Positions 1 to 9,782 of a stretch of DNA of 64,000 bases are shown here, one piece after another (position 1 is the stretch's first letter; each line of letters opens with the position of its first letter). Under the pieces are notes generated by a model. It worked only from the letters and a program-made list of their open reading frames with translations. It was not told the origin of the DNA and made no database searches. This DNA comes from an uncultured Gemmatimonadales bacterium (GTDB taxonomy: Bacteria; Gemmatimonadota; Gemmatimonadetes; Longimicrobiales; Gaopeijiaceae): positions 183,056-247,055 of the forward strand of contig CAWGKG010000005.1 in the NCBI GenBank assembly GCA_963823035.1. Direction: 5' to 3'. The translations under genes and the position numbers were made by a program.

Positions 1-2556
1 GCCGTTGCCGTTGCCGTTGCCGACCCCGGCCTTCTGCTTCACGCGGCCACCGGCAGCCCCGCTCCATGCGGGAGCAACTGCGATCTTCGAGGCTCTGCGG
101 GCCGGACGGCCCTTGGAGGCGCCCCCGCGGCCGGACCCCGACCCCTGGGCTCCGGAGATGACGTACGAACCCACCAGCTGACGCAGCTCTTCGGCCTGGG
201 ACGTGAGCTCCTCGGAAGCGCTGGAGCTCTCCTCGGCATTGGCCGCGGTCTGCTGTGTAACCTGGTTCATCTGCTCGACGGCCACGTTGATCTGGGTCAC
301 GCCTTCGCTCTGCTGGTCGGCGGCGGCAGCGATCTCGTCCATCACCTCGCTGACCTGCACCACCTGCTTCTGGATGTCGGCCAGGTTCCCCAGCACCTCG
401 GCGTTGAGCGCCACGCCACCGTTGGCGTTGGTAACGCTCTCCTCGATGAGCCGAGCCGTGTTCTTGGCGGCCTCGGCGCTGCGCATGGCCAGGTTGCGGA
501 CTTCTTCCGCGACCACCGCGAAGCCCTTGCCCGCGTCGCCGGCCCGCGCCGCTTCCACGGCCGCGTTCAACGCCAGCAGGTTGGTCTGGAAAGCGATCTC
601 GTCGATGGTCTTGACGATCTTGGCGGTCTCGTCGGAGCTCGACTTGATCCGCTCGACTGCCTCGGAAAGGCGGCGCATGGAGTCCAGCCCCTTGTCCGTT
701 CCCGACCGAGCGCCGTCGCTGAGGGCCTTGGCCTCCCGGGCGTTACCTGCGGCCTGGTCGGACGAGGAGCTCAACTCCTGCAGGCTGGACGAGACCTCCT
801 CCAGCGTGGACGCCTGCTCCGACGTGCCCTGGGCCAAAGCCTGGGAGCCGGCACTGATCTCGTCCGCTGCACCGGCGACCTGATCGGAGGCGCTGGACAC
901 CTGGGCGAGGCCCTGGTCCAGGTTCTCGACAGCGCGGTTCAGCGTGTCCTTGATCTTGGCGTGGTCGCCCTTGTAGTCGCCCAGCATCCGCGACGTCATG
1001 TCTCGATCGGCCACGCGCTCCAGGACTTGGGCGGCTTCCACGATCGGTTCGATCACGGCGTCCAGGGTCTCGTTGACGCCCTTCACGATGGAGTGGTAGT
1101 TGCCTTCGTACCTGGTTGCATCGGCCCGGACCTCCAGCCGTCCCTCGGTCGCTGCGGCCACCAACTCCTGGATCCCGGTGGTAACCTCCAGCTCCTTGGT
1201 GATGTCGACGACAAACTCCATGGCGCCCCAGATTCTGCCGTTGTCATCCTTCAGCGGTATGGCGGTGTAGCGAATCGGCAGTTCACCGGAAGGGAGATTG
1301 GCGGTGGTGTCACCGGTGCCGAGCCTGTCGGTTTGCATCGCCTGGCCGGCTCTGCAATTGGCGGTGCGGCAGTGATCGGTCTTCATCAAGTCGTAGCACT
1401 TCAGCCCTTTGCATTCCTCCGGCGTCCGCCCCACGGCCGCGGCAGTGGCCGCATTCAGGTACACGATGTCGTAGGACTTGTCCACGACGATGAGCGGAGT
1501 GGGGATCCTGTTCAGGTAATCCGCCTTCTCGTCGGCGCCCCTCAGGGCGTCGTGCGCATCCTTCTGGGAAGTTTGGATCGAGGTAGCCATGTCCCCCACG
1601 GAGGCGGACAACTCACCGATCTCATCGCCCCTGTCCGTCTCGATCGCCACCCCAAACTCACCCCGAGCAATACTCACGGCCACCTCCCGCAGATGCTTGA
1701 GGGGGGGCACGATGGAGCGAGTCAGCGACCAACCGGCGACAAGGACCAGGGCCACGGCAATCACGGTGGCCAGGATGATCAGGGTCTTCACGAGCCCTGC
1801 CCGGGCCTCCATATCCCGGGTCCTGTCTGCGGCGAAGGCGTCGATGAGTGGCTCTGCCGACTGGGTGGCCGCCCTCATGACCTGGTACCGCTCCTCCCGG
1901 ATGACATCGAGAGCACCCAGTGCGGCGAAGGCCACCTTGTAGTCCGTGAGACCGGCCCGCATGGCCTCACGACTGGAAGCGCCCAGTCCCGATGCGTCGA
2001 TGGCCTGCTGGAACGCCGTCATTCCTTCATCGAACTGAGTGAGGTACTGCCGGTCACCGCCGAGGAGGTAGTCCTTCTCGTGTTGCCGAAGGGTGAGCAT
2101 CAGCGTACTCAGATGGTCGTCCTTGGCCTGGGTGACGACGGCCTCCACTCCATGGATGGCTTTCCGGAGTTCGCCCTGCATCCCCTCTTCCGGGGTGAGG
2201 CCTCGGTCGACGTCCATCCCAGCCACCTCGTCGAAGGCACCGACGTATCCGGCCAACCCCTCGGCGATTCCGTCCACTCTCGAATCTGAGATGCGTTCCC
2301 TCAAGCTCTCCACCCTGGTTTCGGCCACGGCGATGAGGGAGTCCACCATCCCAACGGACTTGAGTTCCTTCCGTGCGAAGAAGTCCTTCTCCGATCGCCT
2401 CGCCTGTAGCATTTCGATCCGGATGTCGACTGCAAGTTGCGTGAGCTCGCTCTGCTCGTTCAGCGCTTGGAGTCCCCACCAGGCTGTTGCGGACACCGCG
2501 ATCACAACAGCGCCGGCAATGCCGAAGGCGCCCGACACTTTTCCACTTATCTTCAT
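1..2556 (-). CDS. Methyl-accepting chemotaxis protein (TM, periplasmic HBM-like sensor, TM, HAMP, Cys-rich PAS, HAMP, MA signalling domain); 3' end lies outside the window
   Basis: Manual translation from ATG (CAT at 2554-2556, GGAG RBS upstream): [21 protein letters not shown]...; RRSEKD/RQHEKD repeats; signalling hairpin [37 protein letters not shown]; open to position 1. Not in the ORF track because no stop falls inside the window. Confidence 0.95.
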   Translation of the reverse strand, partial: MKISGKVSGAFGIAGAVVIAVSATAWWGLQALNEQSELTQLAVDIRIEMLQARRSEKDFFARKELKSVGMVDSLIAVAETRVESLRERISDSRVDGIAEGLAGYVGAFDEVAGMDVDRGLTPEEGMQGELRKAIHGVEAVVTQAKDDHLSTLMLTLRQHEKDYLLGGDRQYLTQFDEGMTAFQQAIDASGLGASSREAMRAGLTDYKVAFAALGALDVIREERYQVMRAATQSAEPLIDAFAADRTRDMEARAGLVKTLIILATVIAVALVLVAGWSLTRSIVPPLKHLREVAVSIARGEFGVAIETDRGDEIGELSASVGDMATSIQTSQKDAHDALRGADEKADYLNRIPTPLIVVDKSYDIVYLNAATAAAVGRTPEECKGLKCYDLMKTDHCRTANCRAGQAMQTDRLGTGDTTANLPSGELPIRYTAIPLKDDNGRIWGAMEFVVDITKELEVTTGIQELVAAATEGRLEVRADATRYEGNYHSIVKGVNETLDAVIEPIVEAAQVLERVADRDMTSRMLGDYKGDHAKIKDTLNRAVENLDQGLAQVSSASDQVAGAADEISAGSQALAQGTSEQASTLEEVSSSLQELSSSSDQAAGNAREAKALSDGARSGTDKGLDSMRRLSEAVERIKSSSDETAKIVKTIDEIAFQTNLLALNAAVEAARAGDAGKGFAVVAEEVRNLAMRSAEAAKNTARLIEESVTNANGGVALNAEVLGNLADIQKQVVQVSEVMDEIAAAADQQSEGVTQINVAVEQMNQVTQQTAANAEESSSASEELTSQAEELRQLVGSYVISGAQGSGSGRGGASKGRPARRASKIAVAPAWSGAAGGRVKQKAGVGNGNGNG

Positions 2557-2819
2557 GGCCTATTCTCCACTCCTGAGTCGATTCTTGGCACTAGGCGTCG
2601 GTCTGAACGGCAAAGCCTCAGCGAGAGGCGATTCCGGCGATCGTCGGGTACGTCTGGATTCGGAGGAGCTTGTGTCGAGCTGCATGTGCGCGGAGCCGCT
2701 GAGCCACCACACGAGGGCACTAGCTATTCCTGGTCTCATTCAGTCGACCGACAGAAACGGAACTCAAGCTCAGACGTTGATTGGCGGCGACCGTCTCCCA
2801 TCGCACATCACCGGTTCCG

Positions 2820-3250
2820 GCCCAATCCATGTCTGGGACAGGATCTAGTGTCGGACCTCGAACGTGTGAACTTGAATTCTTCGGCTCCAGGATTGGCAGA
2901 CGGCTCCGGAGGAAGGCGCCGTTCCGGAGACCTTTGGGGACCTGGGCACACCGCGGTACCGAGAACCTGCACCAGGCGCTGGGGGGCGCGCCCCTGGAGC
3001 TCACGTCCTCAGGATGGGGCGGCTACCTGACCATCCCCATGGGGTCCTTGGCGCTGAACGGAGAGGCGTGGACGGGGTGGGATCTGGACGACTACCGAGG
3101 TGACGTCGCCCAGGAGATCCGTGTCGGGAACACCACGGCCAACACGGTGCGGAGTAGCGGAGGGTGGGCCGAGTTGTCCTGGGAAGGGAGCAGCGGAAGG
3201 GTCCCGGTCGGTTCGGTGTGGACGACCCCACCGACTCGGAAGGCCGCACG
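2820..3250 (+). pseudogene. Degraded remnant of an outer-membrane beta-barrel/porin gene
   Basis: Beta-strand-like fragments in three frames: LGQDLVSDLERVNLN / GWGGYLTIPMGSLALNGEAWTGWDLDDYRG...SSGGWAELSW / GFGVDDPTD-like; no start, signal peptide or C-terminus. The family call rests on recalled motif resemblance only. Confidence 0.4.
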
Positions 3251-3272
3251 TCCGGGGTGGACCTGCGCGCGG

Positions 3273-3437
3273 CTACTCGAAGAACGGGCAGCTCTTGCCC
3301 GCCACGCGCCTCCCACAGGAGTAGCTGGTGGCGCTGCACCGATCGCATCCATGCCGGCCTCGGAACGAGATGACCAGGAAGAGGCCGAGGGGCACGAGGA
3401 CGAGGGGGATGGCGGGTAGTAGCAGCAATGCGAACAT
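3273..3437 (-). CDS. 54-aa single-TM, Cys-rich small membrane protein
   Basis: MFALLLLPAIPLVLVPLGLFLVISFRGRHGCDRCSATSYSCGRRVAGKSCPFFE*; RBS GGAGAGG 3 nt before ATG; below the ORF-track length cut-off. Confidence 0.65.
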   Translation of the reverse strand: MFALLLLPAIPLVLVPLGLFLVISFRGRHGCDRCSATSYSCGRRVAGKSCPFFE

Positions 3438-3527
3438 ATGCCTCTCCGAGCCCAGGGGCTCTTCGAAGGGGTGCCGCCGACGCGCTCTTGGCGGAAGATA
3501 CTATCCTAAACATAGCGTAGGTGGACG

Positions 3528-4346
3528 ATGCGTCGCTGGATGCGGTTCCTGCGCGGCCTGCTGTCGCGACCGCCACTGGGCGTCTCCGTCCGGCTGCCGA
3601 CCGAGCCGGTGCCCCCCGGTTGGCCCGGGCTCGTGGCCGATCGGGTGCCGCTCGCGTCCCGCCTTCCTGCACTCGACCGTGACCGGCTCCACCGGCTGAT
3701 GCAGCTCTTTCTCCGCGAGGTCCCCATCGAGGGGTGCGCCGGCCTCGAAGTGACGGAGGAGATCCGGGTGACGATCGCCGCGCAGGCCTGTCTTCTCCTC
3801 CTGAAGATGTCCTACCCGCGGTACACCCGCCTTCGCCGGGTTCTGGTCTACCCGTCCACGTTCCTTCCGAAGACCGTCGGCCTGTTTCCCTCCGGACAGG
3901 TGGTTCGCCCCGACGTGCCCCTCCTCGGCCAGGCGTGGCCCTCCGGCATCGTCGTCCTCGGCTGGGATGCCGTCCGGCGCGGCACGCTCTCGGCGACCGA
4001 TGGGCACAACGTCGTGCTGCACGAGTTCGCGCACATGCTCGATGCCGAAGACGGTCTCATGGACGGCGTCCCGGTCCTAGACTCCGGGTCGGCGTACCGC
4101 GCTTGGGCCACGATGCTCGCCACCCGGTTCGCCGAGCACGTGGCCCACGCGGAACGGGACGAGCCCACCACGCTCGATCCCTATGGCGCCCAGAACCGCG
4201 CCGAGTTCTTCGCGGTCGCCACCGAGGCCTTCTTCGAGCGGCCCGTCGCGCTCCGTGAGGAGCAGCCCGAGCTGTACGACCTGTTGGCGGATTTCTACAA
4301 GCTCGACCCGACCTCGCTCGCCCCCCCATCTGGACCGCGCGGCTAG
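3528..4346 (+). CDS. mtfA: MtfA-family zinc-dependent peptidase (M90)
   Basis: Motifs IAAQACL, LVYPSTF, DGHNVVLHEFAH, DPYGAQNRAEFFAVATEAFFERP. Confidence 0.9.
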   Translation: MRRWMRFLRGLLSRPPLGVSVRLPTEPVPPGWPGLVADRVPLASRLPALDRDRLHRLMQLFLREVPIEGCAGLEVTEEIRVTIAAQACLLLLKMSYPRYTRLRRVLVYPSTFLPKTVGLFPSGQVVRPDVPLLGQAWPSGIVVLGWDAVRRGTLSATDGHNVVLHEFAHMLDAEDGLMDGVPVLDSGSAYRAWATMLATRFAEHVAHAERDEPTTLDPYGAQNRAEFFAVATEAFFERPVALREEQPELYDLLADFYKLDPTSLAPPSGPRG

Positions 4347-4934
4347 CGTCGTCCGGGTCGCGCAAGACGTGCGAGGTCGGGGCGAGGTTTGCACCGGAGA
4401 GGGCGAGTGCGGCTGAGGCCGCCCGCGGGAAGAGGCTACATCCGGAAACGGTAGCTCGGCCTCACGAACGGAGCGGCACACCTTGCACCATCCTCCGCCG
4501 TGGGCGAGGATGGCCAGGAGAGTAGGTGTGGCAGTCTCTCATCCCGCTGTGGGACGCCGGCTCATGGGATTCAGCCGGCGGCCCGGGCCAGGGAAGGTCT
4601 CGAGGTGGTGTGACGGAGTGGATCGGCGTGTGGGTGGGTGGAGGGGGCCGGTATTGGGTCCGTTGCAGGCCGCGAGGGTGAGCTCGTTGCCCCTCGCCAC
4701 GGAGCCAGCCGGGCGGGCGATATCGCCCGTCCGGCATGCCGGTCGTCGGCGTGGCCTGCCATCCTGCACCCCCACCGTCGCGGCGCGAGGGCACCGATCC
4801 GCCCGCGCCTCGAGGTCCGTCCATTCCAACGCGTGGAACTCCCCCCCTTTCACACGTTTGCCGTTCATAGATGTACGCCGGCGATCGAGGGATCGCGGGC
4901 ACGCCGTCCGTCCTCATATCGAGGAGGTACATCG

Positions 4935-7900
4935 ATGAAACACCCTGTTCACAAGCGAGCTCTGCGAATGGGTATGGGTCTTCTCGCGCTCTCGCTGATC
5001 GCGCCCGGGGGGGCGCTGGCGCAGGCGCAGGGCCAGGTCACCGGCCGGGTCGTGGACGCCCAGACGGGCCGACCTCTGTCGGGAGCGCAGATCTTCATCC
5101 CCGGTACGCAGCGGGGGGGCTCTCGAACGAGTCCGGTCGGTACCTGATCCTCCAGGTGCCCGCCGGTGAGTTCGTCGTGCGTGTGCAGATGCTGGGCTAC
5201 GCGCAGACCGACCAGACGGTCACGCTCCAGGGGGGAGGGTCGGCCGTCGCGGACTTCAGGCTCCACGAGACCGCCATCAGCCTGGACGAGATCGTGGTGA
5301 CCGGCGCCGGCGTGCAGACCGAGAAGAGAAAGCTCGGCAACACGATCGCCACGGTGAACGCGGGGGGGCTGGAAGCGGCTCCCGTGGCGAACGTCAGCGA
5401 GATGCTCCAGGGAAGGGAGCCGGGCGTCGTCGGCCTGCCGGGCGGCGGGCTGGTGGGACAAGGAACGAGGATCCGTATCCGGGGGTCCGCGAGTCTCGCC
5501 CAGAGCAACGAGCCCATCGTGTACGTCGACGGCGTCCGGATGGACAACTCGGGAGGCTACCGCGGCTCGCGGCTCAATGACATCAATCCCGAGTCGATCG
5601 AGAGGATCGAGATCCTGAAGGGCGCGGCGGCCGCCACCCTGTACGGCACCGAGGCCTCCAACGGCGTCATCCAGATCTTCACGAAGAAGGGTTCGACGGG
5701 CGACCTCCAGTGGTCGATGAAGATGGACCAGTCCTTCTCCAGCTACCCCGGCGGTCAGATCAAGCCGAACTCCGGATTCGCTCGAACCCAGGAAGACGCC
5801 AGCCGCCTGAGCACCCTCTTCGGGCAGTCCATCCAGCCCTACGTGCCGTTTTCGGTCCCGATGTACGACCGCGTCTTCGAGACGGGTCACCAGAGCGCGA
5901 TCTCGGGTTCGGTCACCGGGGGGGCCGAGGGTCTCTCCTACTACATCTCCGGGCGTTGGCAGCACCAGGACGGGCCGATGGGAGGCGCGTCCCTGGGGCC
6001 GGTACGGGATACCGAGAACCATCGCCAGGTCACCGTCAACCTGAGCCTGACGCCGACGGAGAAGCTCCAGGTCCAGACCTCCGCGAATTACGTGCACGTC
6101 ATTACGGAGGGACCGAACGCGGGGAACTCGATCTACTCTCCGTTCTCGGTCTCCCTCTACAGCAAGCCCGAGAAGGCCGTGTGCTTCAGCGAGATGCTGG
6201 GGAACGGCGAGTGCGCCGGCGCCGGAAACCCCACGGGCGCGCCCACCTTCGGGACGGTCCGGGAAACCCTCTATCGCCAGTACACGAACGACACCGAACG
6301 CTTCACGGGAAGCGTGAAGGGCGGCTATCAGATCCAACAGGATCTCCGCCTCGAGGCCACGCTGGGCGTCGACTGGGTGGACGAGCGCGACGAAGGGATC
6401 ACGCCCTACGGGTACAACGTGGACGGGATCAGTACCTCCGACACCCTGGGGGCCCGCTCGGTGACGGCACGTCGGCACAAAGACATCTCCGTCGACGTGA
6501 AGGGAAGCTGGAATCGGGATATCGGGGACGACCTCACGTCGAGCCTCGTGGTCGGCGGACAGGGCTTCTTCACCACCACCGAGAGTGCCGGGGGGAGCGG
6601 CAACATCTTCCCGGGACCTGGGATCAACGTCATCTCCGGAGCCCAGAACCGGGACGTGAACGAGAACTTCCTCCAGGTGGTGAACGGAGGGGTCTTCGCG
6701 CAGGAGCAGCTGGGGTTCCGCGACTACCTGTTCCTGACCGCGGGGGGCCGCTACGACAAGAACAGCGCGTTCGGGGAGTCCTCCACCGGAGTCTTCTATC
6801 CGAAAGTGAGCCTTTCGGTGGTCCCCAGTGACCGGCCGGGTTGGGACAGCGAAGTCCTCTCGACCCTTCGCTTCCGGGGCGCCGTCGGTCAGTCGGGACT
6901 TCAACCCGGAGCCTTCGACAAGTTCACGACCTTCAACTCGATCGCCACGGACCTCGGAGCCGGGCTCCTCCCGGACAACCTGGGGAACCCGGACCTGAAG
7001 CCGGAAGTGTCCACCGAGTGGGAACTGGGGATCGAGGGCGGCCTCTTCCAGGATCGGGTCGGCATCAGTGCGACCTACTGGGACCGCCGCGTGAAGGACG
7101 CCCTGGTGCCCAGGCAGTTCGCACCGTCCGGTGGGTTCTCCAATGAGCAGCTCGACAACATCGGGGAGGTCACGGGCCACGGGTTCGAGCTCGGCTTGAA
7201 CGCCCAGGCCTTCACGAGCGACGACCTGTCGGTGAGCGTCTTCGCGAACGCCGCCTACATGAAGGAGACGGTGACCGACCTGGGGGGAGCGCCTCCCCTG
7301 AAGGCTCAGGGGACGTATCCCCGGGTGAGGAACTTCATCCTCGAGGGCTACGCACCCGGCGCCATGCTCGGCGCCAAGCTGATCCAACCGTGTTCCCAGC
7401 GTCCTTCCGGGTCCACCTACCAGTGTCTGGAGACGGGCCAGCTTCCGTACGACACCAACCGGGACGGTATTCCGGACTCACAGGCGGACCTGCTCGCCTA
7501 TCTCGCGAGCCCGCCGTCCAGGTCCTTCGACGACCCGCTGTTGAATCCGCTCATCGTGGACGAAGACGGGGACGGGGACTACCTGGACAACTACCTCGGG
7601 AAGCCGACTCCGGACTGGCAGGGGTCGTTCGGCGCCGACGTCACCTTCCTGCAGAACTTCCGGCTGAACATGCTCTTCGAGTATCGGCTGGGGTTCGAGA
7701 TCACCGACATCACGGACGCGTTCCGGCAGGCGAACTCGGGTATCGGCCGGAACACGCCTCGATCCGCGTGGGCCGAGGCGTTGCTCATGAACCCGGCCAG
7801 CACCCCCGAGGAGCGTCTCGAGGCCGTGAAGGCCTGGGCCTACGAGTTGAAGGCGCTGTCGCCCTACTCGGGGCTCAACACGATCAAGCCCGGGGACTTC

Positions 7901-8158
7901 CTCCGCTGGCGCGAGGTGTCGCTCACGTACGACCTGCCCGCCGAACTGTCCGGGCGCATGGGTGCCGAGAGGCTCTCGCTGACGGTGAACGCTCGCAACC
8001 TGGCCCTGTGGACGAAGTACGAGGGGAACGACCCGGAGCTTTCCTACCTGCCTCGATGCACCGACGCCAGCGTGTCGTGCAACTTCGCGGACGGTGTCGA
8101 CGCCTACGGATGGCCGATTCCCAAGCAGTTCGGGATCTCGGTCCGGGCGGTGTTCTGA
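4935..8158 (+). CDS. SusC/RagA-family TonB-dependent receptor #1 (one frameshift in a G run at ~5113-5119)
   Basis: RBS GAGGAGG, signal peptide MKHPVHKR...ALA-QAQ; CarboxypepD-like N-domain; LDEIVVTG; plug IERIEILKGAAAATLYGTEASNGVIQIFTK; GNPDLKPE; terminal F. Confidence 0.92.
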
Positions 8159-8225
8159 CATGTCTACGACACGCATGCACCGAGACCGGGATCTGTCACG
8201 AGGTCTGAGAGAGAGGAGAGCGTCG

Positions 8226-9602
8226 ATGTTCGACAAGACGAACCTGCGCCGGGCCCTCGGTTCCCCCGTGAGGACCTTGAGCCACTGCGCGACGATAGGG
8301 ATTCTGGCCGGGCTTCTCACCGGCTGTTCCGGCATCTTCGAGGTCGACAACCCCAACAACATCAAGGGCGAGGACATCGACCTCGTCGAGGCTTCGAATT
8401 CGGTGGTGAACGGCGCGTACGGCACCGTGGCCAAGGGCCTCGCCGCGTCCTTGGGCGTGTATTCGCCCATCACGGACGAGATCACCTACATCGGGTCCCG
8501 GGACGCCTGGGGTGACCTGAACACCGGGATCGTTGCCAATCCCCAGAACGAGTTCCTGAACGTGGCGTTTCCCTACGTCGCCCAGGGCCGCTGGATGGCC
8601 GACGAGGCGATCAAGCTCATGGAGCAGCACGACGCCGATGGCGACCTCCGGGACCGGGCCCTCCTGGCCCGTGCCTACCTCTACGGAGCTCTGGCGTACA
8701 TCAGCATCGCCGACACGTGGGACGACTTCGCCCTGTCGGATCGAAGCGTAGCCGCCGCTCCGGTGGGAGCCGACTCCATGGGCGACCTCTACGACCAGGC
8801 CATCGAGTACCTCACCCAGGGGATGAGCGTCGCTCAAGCCCAGGGGAGGGACGACCTGGTGCTCACCATGACCGCGCTGCGGGCCCGTGCCCACCACGGC
8901 CGGGCCGTATGGGACATGCTGAACCCGGCGGGGTCCGTCCCCGCCAATCCCCTCGTGTCCAGCGCAGCGGCCGTGCAGGACGCCGAGGCGTTCCTGGCCA
9001 TCAATGGGGGCGATGAGGGATGGCGGTACACGATCACCCTGGCCAACAACGACATGATCCCGGGTGGGGAGATCACCCTCGGCCACAACATGAACGACCG
9101 GGCCGAGCTCCAGTTCGGAGCGGACTACGTGAACACGGATCCGAACGATCCGGCCGCCATCACCTCGATCGCCCTCATGGACCCCGTGGACGGGATCCCC
9201 GATCCGGTGGTGAGCGAGAAGATCACCGAGTTCCGGGACGCGTTCCTCTACACGGTGATGACCCTGGTCTCCGCCAGGGAGATGCACCTCATCGTGGCCG
9301 AGGGGGCCCTGGCGGGGGGCAACACGAGCCAAGCGGTCCAGGAGATGAACGTGGTGCGCGGTCTGGACGGGCTCACCGCGTACGATCCTGGAAGCTCGGC
9401 GATCACGCCCATGCAGATGCTCCGGCACGAGCGTCGCGTGAACCTGTTCCTCGAAAACCGCCGGCTCGCGGACATGTATCGGTTCGGGATCCAGTCCCGC
9501 TACTGGACGCCGACGTCCGACGCAGTCACCACCCCGGGGGAGCTTCTGCCCATTCCCCAGGTGGAGCTGCTTTCGAACTGCCACATCGCCGGCACCTGCT
9601 GA
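8226..9602 (+). CDS. SusD/RagB-family lipoprotein #1
   Basis: Lipobox LLTGC, VDNPN, REMHLIVAE, HERRVNLFLENRRLADMYRF, LLPIP; directly follows SusC. Start chosen by the RBS GAGGAG. Confidence 0.9.
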   Translation: MFDKTNLRRALGSPVRTLSHCATIGILAGLLTGCSGIFEVDNPNNIKGEDIDLVEASNSVVNGAYGTVAKGLAASLGVYSPITDEITYIGSRDAWGDLNTGIVANPQNEFLNVAFPYVAQGRWMADEAIKLMEQHDADGDLRDRALLARAYLYGALAYISIADTWDDFALSDRSVAAAPVGADSMGDLYDQAIEYLTQGMSVAQAQGRDDLVLTMTALRARAHHGRAVWDMLNPAGSVPANPLVSSAAAVQDAEAFLAINGGDEGWRYTITLANNDMIPGGEITLGHNMNDRAELQFGADYVNTDPNDPAAITSIALMDPVDGIPDPVVSEKITEFRDAFLYTVMTLVSAREMHLIVAEGALAGGNTSQAVQEMNVVRGLDGLTAYDPGSSAITPMQMLRHERRVNLFLENRRLADMYRFGIQSRYWTPTSDAVTTPGELLPIPQVELLSNCHIAGTC

Positions 9603-9628
9603 TCGGCTCGCTACTGGAGCCGTGACGA

Positions 9629-9668
9629 ACCGGTCCGGGCGGGGACATCGCTCCTCGCCCGGACCGGG
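9629..9668 (+). terminator. Stem-loop after SusD #1 (probable terminator)
   Basis: CCGGTCCGGGCGGGGA...TCCTCGCCCGGACCGG inverted repeat; weak U tract. Confidence 0.5.
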
Positions 9669-9707
9669 CTCTTCCCTACGAAGCGAGGGGAGAGGCATCC
9701 CGCACGG

Positions 9708-9737
9708 TTGCCGCAGCCGACGCGCGCCCGTTACCAT
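9708..9737 (+). promoter_or_regulatory. Putative sigma70 promoter of SusC #2
   Basis: TTGCCG-18 bp-TACCAT, 45 nt upstream of the ATG. Confidence 0.45.
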
Positions 9738-9782
9738 GACGTGAATCCCCCCCGGGCGATCCCATTCCGCAAGGAGTCGGAT

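Noticed and set aside
2599..2640. GGCAAA-GCCTC..GAGGC hairpin resembling part of a c-di-GMP-I riboswitch, upstream of the MCP
   Set aside because: It is on the wrong strand for the MCP, and the following GACGCAAAGC/P3 elements are missing.
2741..2767. Possible sigma28 promoter on the minus strand (TTGA-N15-GTCGACTG) upstream of the MCP
   Set aside because: The spacing fits, but both boxes have several mismatches to TAAA/GCCGATAA, so it is too weak to call.
3505..3521. CCTA-N9-TAGG weak palindrome upstream of the MtfA-family gene
   Set aside because: Only 4-bp arms and a single copy; could be chance.
4590..4762. Cobalamin riboswitch-like words (GGGAAG, AGCCAG, CCTGCC) upstream of a TonB-dependent receptor
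   Set aside because: Order and spacing do not fit the B12 element, and the core GCnACTG motif is absent. Kept only as an unknown structured leader.
5110..5122. G homopolymer frameshift in SusC #1 as phase variation
   Set aside because: The run is only 7 G, and similar indels are scattered across unrelated genes, so sequencing error is more parsimonious.
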